Assembly (NCBI RefSeq): GCF_004365815.1
Contig: NZ_SODD01000071.1
Coordinates: 1 to 5,862 of the forward strand
Source: Breznakia blatticola
Lineage (GTDB): Bacteria; Bacillota_I; Bacilli_A; Erysipelotrichales; Erysipelotrichaceae
Length of the DNA: 5,862 nucleotides
Direction of reading: 5' to 3'
This document shows, one piece after another, positions 1-5,862 of this stretch (positions within the stretch are counted from its first letter, which is position 1; each line of letters begins with the position of its first letter). A program made the position numbers and the translations under genes. The notes under the pieces were generated by a model. That model searched no databases. It saw only the letters and a list, made by a program, of their open reading frames with translations, and was not told where the DNA came from.

Positions 1-115
1 GCAACCTTATTTCCAGAACACTTCTTATCTTAGATTAGAAGAACAATACAATCAAGTTGGAAAAGCCAACTGATTACACTACATATTATACGAGGGAGAA
101 GAAATATGTAATGAG

Positions 116-1972
116 ATGAATATAAGTGGAAGAACTTTGCGTGGAGACTTCAATGAATTCAAGCCGCTATTTTTTGAGAATGGAATTGAAATCATTTCAA
201 AGCAAGCAAAGGGTTATGCATTGCGCATATTTAATGAAGATGCATACCATAATTTTATATATGAATTGATGAAGGAAGAAGAGCATTCACAAAAACTATT
301 ACCTGTTTATCCAGAAGATCGAATCAATTATCTAATTCGCTTGTTTTTGACACAGAATACATATCTAAAGATGGAAGATATTGCAGATATGTTATTTATT
401 TCAAGAGCAACTCTTACCAATGATCTTCGTCAAGTTCGAGAAAGATTATCGTACTTTCATTTACAACTTGTTTCTAGACCGGCATATGGATTAAAAATTG
501 AAGGGGATGAAATCCACATGCGTTCATGTATTGCGCAATACTTTTATCATACGGATACAATTGATGCGCGTTTACAACACTCAGCTGAAGATGAAAAGAT
601 TGATAAAATAAAAACTATTTTATTAGAAGCATTATATACATATGAACTTCATTTGACAGATGTTGGATTTCAAAATCTAGTCATCCATATTTCAATTGCA
701 ATTACTAGAAATTCAAATGAGCAAAAATCCTTCGTTTCAGATGAATGGAATCTGATAGAAACCTATGAATACTCGGTCGCTAAAGCAATTGTGATGCAGT
801 TGGAGCAAACATTTCAGATAACTTTAAATCCGATTGAGTGTGAATATATCACAATCCATCTACTTGGTAAAAAACGTGCAGTTGATGAGAATCATCACGA
901 GATTGATGAAGAAACACAAAACCTCTTAACTGCCATTATGCGTGAGATCAATATGCAATATGGGTATGATTTTTCTAATGACTTTGAACTCTATACATTA
1001 CTAGCATTACATTTTTTACCGATGCTAAATCGTTTGAAGTTTGGTTTACGGATTCAAAATCCGTTACTCCATGAAATTAAAAATAATAATTTAGTTGCTT
1101 TTGAAATGGGAGTATGCTGCGCAAATGTGATTGAAAAAGAAATAAATGTAGAAGTAGATGAAAACGAAATTGGATATTTAGCATTACATTTAGCATTAGC
1201 GATTGAACGCTACAAGAAACAAAGTATTAGTAAGAAGAATATTGTAATTGTTTGTGCTAGTGGTGCAGGAAGTTCGCAAATCTTACTTTATAAAATGAAA
1301 CAACGATTCCAAGAATATTTAAATGAAATTAAAGTATGTGAATTGTATGAACTAGAACAATTAGATGTAACACCATATGATTTTATTATGAGTACGGTCC
1401 CTATTCCCTTTGCATGTAAAATCCCGGTTATTCGGGTGAAGTATTTTCTAAATGATCAAGATGCAAGTAGTGTTGAAAAGATGATAAAAAGTGAACAAAA
1501 CGATGATGTAGTTGCAACATTTTTTTCAGATGCATATATTTTTAACACGCTAAAAGGAAAAACGAGAGAACAAATACTTAATGAAATGATCGATAAACTT
1601 TCGTTAGTTGCAAATGTACCAGATACGCTATTACAAGAAGTTTTAAAAAGAGAAAATTATGCAGCCACTGAATTTGGTAATGAAATTGCATTACCACATG
1701 CCATGCATCCAGTTTGTGAAACATCATTTGTGAGCATTGGAATTTTAGATAAACCAATCATTTGGTTTGAAAAACCAGTACGTTATATATTCTTGTTGTG
1801 TGTAAGCAAACAAAAAGAAGAACATATTGGAATGCTACAAGAAATGTTAAGTGAATTATTAATGCGTAAAGATTTGATGGATCAATTTGCCCTACATCCA
1901 ACAACTGCAAATTTACATACAATCTTGCAGGATTTGAACATTCAAACAGATGATGAAGATATCTTCAAATAA
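116..1972 (+). CDS. licR: PTS-controlled PRD-domain transcriptional regulator (LicR/MtlR/ManR class: wHTH, Mga-like HTH, PRD1, PRD2, EIIB(Gat)-like, EIIA(Mtl/Fru)-like). It appears N-terminally truncated.
   Basis: 618-aa ORF ending in TAA. Recognition-helix motif ISGRTLRGD sits at residues 3-11. A second HTH is present (LKMEDIADMLFISRATLTNDLRQVRERL, about residues 84-111). PRD histidine motifs: NLVIHISIAITR (H191, nt 686), YITIHLLGKK (H248, nt 857), LLALHFLPMLNR (H299, nt 1010), YLALHLALAIERY (H358, nt 1187). EIIB-like motif IVIVCASGAGSSQ (C380, nt 1253). EIIA-like motif EIALPHAMHP (H528, nt 1697). The symbol is an architecture-level label only. The only ATG, GTG or TTG start after the upstream in-frame stop is 116, and it has poor SD spacing (GGGAG at 94-98, 17 nt upstream). 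Confidence 0.85.
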   Translation: MNISGRTLRGDFNEFKPLFFENGIEIISKQAKGYALRIFNEDAYHNFIYELMKEEEHSQKLLPVYPEDRINYLIRLFLTQNTYLKMEDIADMLFISRATLTNDLRQVRERLSYFHLQLVSRPAYGLKIEGDEIHMRSCIAQYFYHTDTIDARLQHSAEDEKIDKIKTILLEALYTYELHLTDVGFQNLVIHISIAITRNSNEQKSFVSDEWNLIETYEYSVAKAIVMQLEQTFQITLNPIECEYITIHLLGKKRAVDENHHEIDEETQNLLTAIMREINMQYGYDFSNDFELYTLLALHFLPMLNRLKFGLRIQNPLLHEIKNNNLVAFEMGVCCANVIEKEINVEVDENEIGYLALHLALAIERYKKQSISKKNIVIVCASGAGSSQILLYKMKQRFQEYLNEIKVCELYELEQLDVTPYDFIMSTVPIPFACKIPVIRVKYFLNDQDASSVEKMIKSEQNDDVVATFFSDAYIFNTLKGKTREQILNEMIDKLSLVANVPDTLLQEVLKRENYAATEFGNEIALPHAMHPVCETSFVSIGILDKPIIWFEKPVRYIFLLCVSKQKEEHIGMLQEMLSELLMRKDLMDQFALHPTTANLHTILQDLNIQTDDEDIFK

Positions 1973-1973
1973 G

Positions 1974-2000
1974 AAATGCCACTTTTAAACTGGCATTTTT
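1974..2000 (+). terminator. Candidate weak intrinsic terminator of the regulator gene (it may also act as a palindromic operator)
   Basis: AAATGCCA (1974-1981) is the exact reverse complement of TGGCATTT (1991-1998), with a 9-nt loop CTTTTAAAC. The 3' arm runs into TTTTT (1996-2000). It starts 2 nt after the TAA at 1970-1972. The stem is AT-rich with only 3 G:C pairs, so it is probably leaky. Confidence 0.4.
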
Positions 2001-2005
2001 ATCAG

Positions 2006-2033
2006 TCCACATTTTAATTGTATTTTCTATAAT
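2006..2033 (+). promoter_or_regulatory. Candidate sigma-A type promoter for the PTS operon (TCCACA, 16-nt spacer, TATAAT)
   Basis: Perfect -10 hexamer TATAAT at 2028-2033. Best -35 is TCCACA at 2006-2011 (4/6 match to TTGACA) with a 16-nt spacer. A weak -35 fits an activator-dependent promoter. The predicted TSS is near 2040, which leaves a very short leader carrying AGGAGG (2041-2046). This is a sequence-motif call only. Confidence 0.3.
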
Positions 2034-2052
2034 GAAAGTAAGGAGGGTTCAC

Positions 2053-5369
<3,317 letters not shown>

Positions 5370-5370
<1 letters not shown>

Positions 5371-5684
5371 TGGAAGGATTGGAACTTACTTGTTTTCAAA
5401 TTATTTCTAATGTAGGTGGTGCGCGCAGTTGCTTTATCGAAGCAATTCAAAGTGCAAAACAGGGTGACTATGAAAAGGCAGCAACACAAATTCAAGAAGG
5501 TGAAGCCTTCTTTACAGAAGGACACCATGCCCACGCAACACTCATACAAAAAGAAGCAAATGGTGAACTTGATTCAATCAGTTTATTACTTTTACATGCA
5601 GAAGACCAACTAATGAGTGCAGAGGCATTTAAGATTCTTGCAAAAGAATTCATTGATGTATATCAAAAAATAGAAAATAAATAG
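5370..5684 (+). CDS. PTS lactose/cellobiose-family EIIA component
   Basis: 104-aa ORF from GTG 5370 (TAGTG overlap with the EIIB stop; GAGGT at 5356-5360). N-terminus MEGLELTCFQIISNVGGARS and C-terminal LLLLHAEDQLMSAEAF match the three-helix EIIA-Lac/Chb family. The presumed phospho-histidine is H76, nt 5595-5597. Confidence 0.92.
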
Positions 5685-5724
5685 AGCAAAAGGGGCTGTG
5701 ACACTTAGTACAGCTTCAAATCAT

Positions 5725-5766
5725 AAAAATAACGCCTAAACTCGTAAGAGAATAGGCGTTATTTTT
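5725..5766 (+). terminator. Rho-independent (bidirectional-type) terminator of the PTS operon
   Basis: AAAAATAACGCCT (5725-5737) is the exact reverse complement of AGGCGTTATTTTT (5754-5766). Core stem is AACGCCTA/TAGGCGTT (5731-5738 / 5753-5760). An inner CTC-GTAA-GAG helix (5741-5750) is capped by a GNRA-type tetraloop. A T5 tract lies downstream (5762-5766) and an A5 tract upstream (5725-5729). Confidence 0.85.
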
Positions 5767-5768
5767 GG

Positions 5769-5862
5769 GTGTGCCAGGCATGGTGCATATCTAGTTGGTG
5801 AAAGTCCAACCGCAGGTGTTACCGCTAAGCGTAGTGAACCACAAGCCGAAGTCGGTGACGAC
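5769..5862 (+). mobile_element. 5' end (first 94 nt, start of domain I) of a class C (IIC) group II intron, truncated by the window edge
   Basis: Starts GUGUG (5769-5773), matching the group II 5' consensus GUGYG. GUGUGCCAGGCAUGGUGCAUAUCUAGUUGGUGAAAGUCCAAC closely parallels, from memory, the 5' end of the Oceanobacillus iheyensis IIC intron (GUGUGCCCGGCAUGGGUGCAGUCUAUAGGGUGAGAGUCCC). G+C jumps to about 54% (51/94 by my count) from about one-third in the operon. It lies 2 nt after a terminator T-tract, in the same orientation as the operon, which is the classic IIC target. Confidence 0.75.

Noticed and set aside
55-71. Hairpin AGTTGG-AAAAG-CCAACT as a terminator of an upstream gene
   Set aside because: It is only 6 bp and has no downstream T-tract (it is followed by GATTACAC). 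It may be coincidental or part of degraded coding sequence.
71-73. In-frame TGA upstream of the regulator read as Trp (genetic code 4) or selenocysteine
   Set aside because: The five long CDSs contain no in-frame TGA, and their tryptophans are necessarily TGG (for example W550 of the regulator and W10 and W90 of the GH1 enzyme), which argues against code 4. All five stops being TAA or TAG is noted but is insufficient evidence. No SECIS-like hairpin follows the TGA; the only hairpin (55-71) lies upstream of and overlapping it.
1-73. Partial upstream CDS at the window edge (three + frames are open for 10-23 codons, ending at TAG 31-33, TAG 36-38 or TGA 71-73)
   Set aside because: These stretches are too short to assign a frame or a product, so I report no feature. 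The frame ending at 71-73 is discussed under the regulator-truncation finding.
1973-2052. BglG/LicT-type RAT antiterminator element overlapping the 1974-2000 hairpin
   Set aside because: There is no match to the RAT consensus (GGATTGTTACTG...GCAAAACC). The regulator has HTH domains rather than an N-terminal CAT RNA-binding domain. A GGATTGGAACTT string at 5376-5387 lies inside the EIIA coding start and does not extend the match.
2032-2052. ATG 2032 as the EIIBC start (ORF-track start)
   Set aside because: There is no SD upstream, and the ATG lies within the TATAAT box. AGGAGG (2041-2046) is optimally placed for GTG 2053, which gives the family-typical N-terminus M-N-I-L-V-C-C. I keep it as the alternative start.
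5692-5717. Hairpin just after the EIIA stop (GCTGT 5695-5699 pairs with ACAGC 5710-5714, extendable with G:U pairs)
   Set aside because: It is short and G:U-rich with an 8-nt loop and no + strand T-tract, so it is not a convincing + strand terminator. On the minus strand it would be followed by TTTT (complement of 5687-5690), but no minus-strand gene is visible in the window to use it.
5797-5807. GGTGAAAGTCC resembling the cobalamin-riboswitch core (GGTGAAAATCC)
   Set aside because: There is no B12 box (GCCACTG) or flanking riboswitch helices in the available sequence. The segment fits the group IIC intron 5' region much better (GUGUG start, GGUGAGAGUCC-like element, post-terminator position).

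Overview
Low-GC window (about one-third G+C by eye, AGGAGG-type Shine-Dalgarno sites, GTG starts), so probably Bacillota. Everything is on the + strand. It holds one beta-glucoside/cellobiose-type PTS utilisation locus. A LicR/MtlR-class PRD regulator (116-1972) is followed by a tightly packed four-gene operon: an in-frame EIIB-EIIC fusion (2053 or 2032 to 3642), a GH1 6-phospho-beta-glucosidase (3642-5075), a stand-alone EIIB (5068-5370) and an EIIA (5370-5684). Gene junctions overlap by 1-8 nt (TAATG, ATGATTAA, TAGTG). A strong, symmetric intrinsic terminator (5725-5766) closes the operon. Two nt after it, from 5769 to the window edge, the sequence turns GC-rich (51 of 94 nt by my count) and starts GUGUGCCAGGCAUGG...GGUGAAAGUCC. 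I recognise this as the 5' end of a bacterial class C (IIC) group II intron sitting in its typical post-terminator target. That is the most interesting element here. Secondary oddities are: the regulator lacks the N-terminal part of its first winged-helix domain, and an in-frame TGA lies upstream at 71-73; the EIIB-EIIC fusion keeps a perfect internal SD plus ATG at the domain junction; the operon has two divergent EIIB copies; the EIIA has a variant active-site motif. I see no CRISPR array, toxin-antitoxin pair, defence gene or other unexplained coding capacity. Apart from the intron this is an ordinary sugar-utilisation locus, and I do not claim a novel system.
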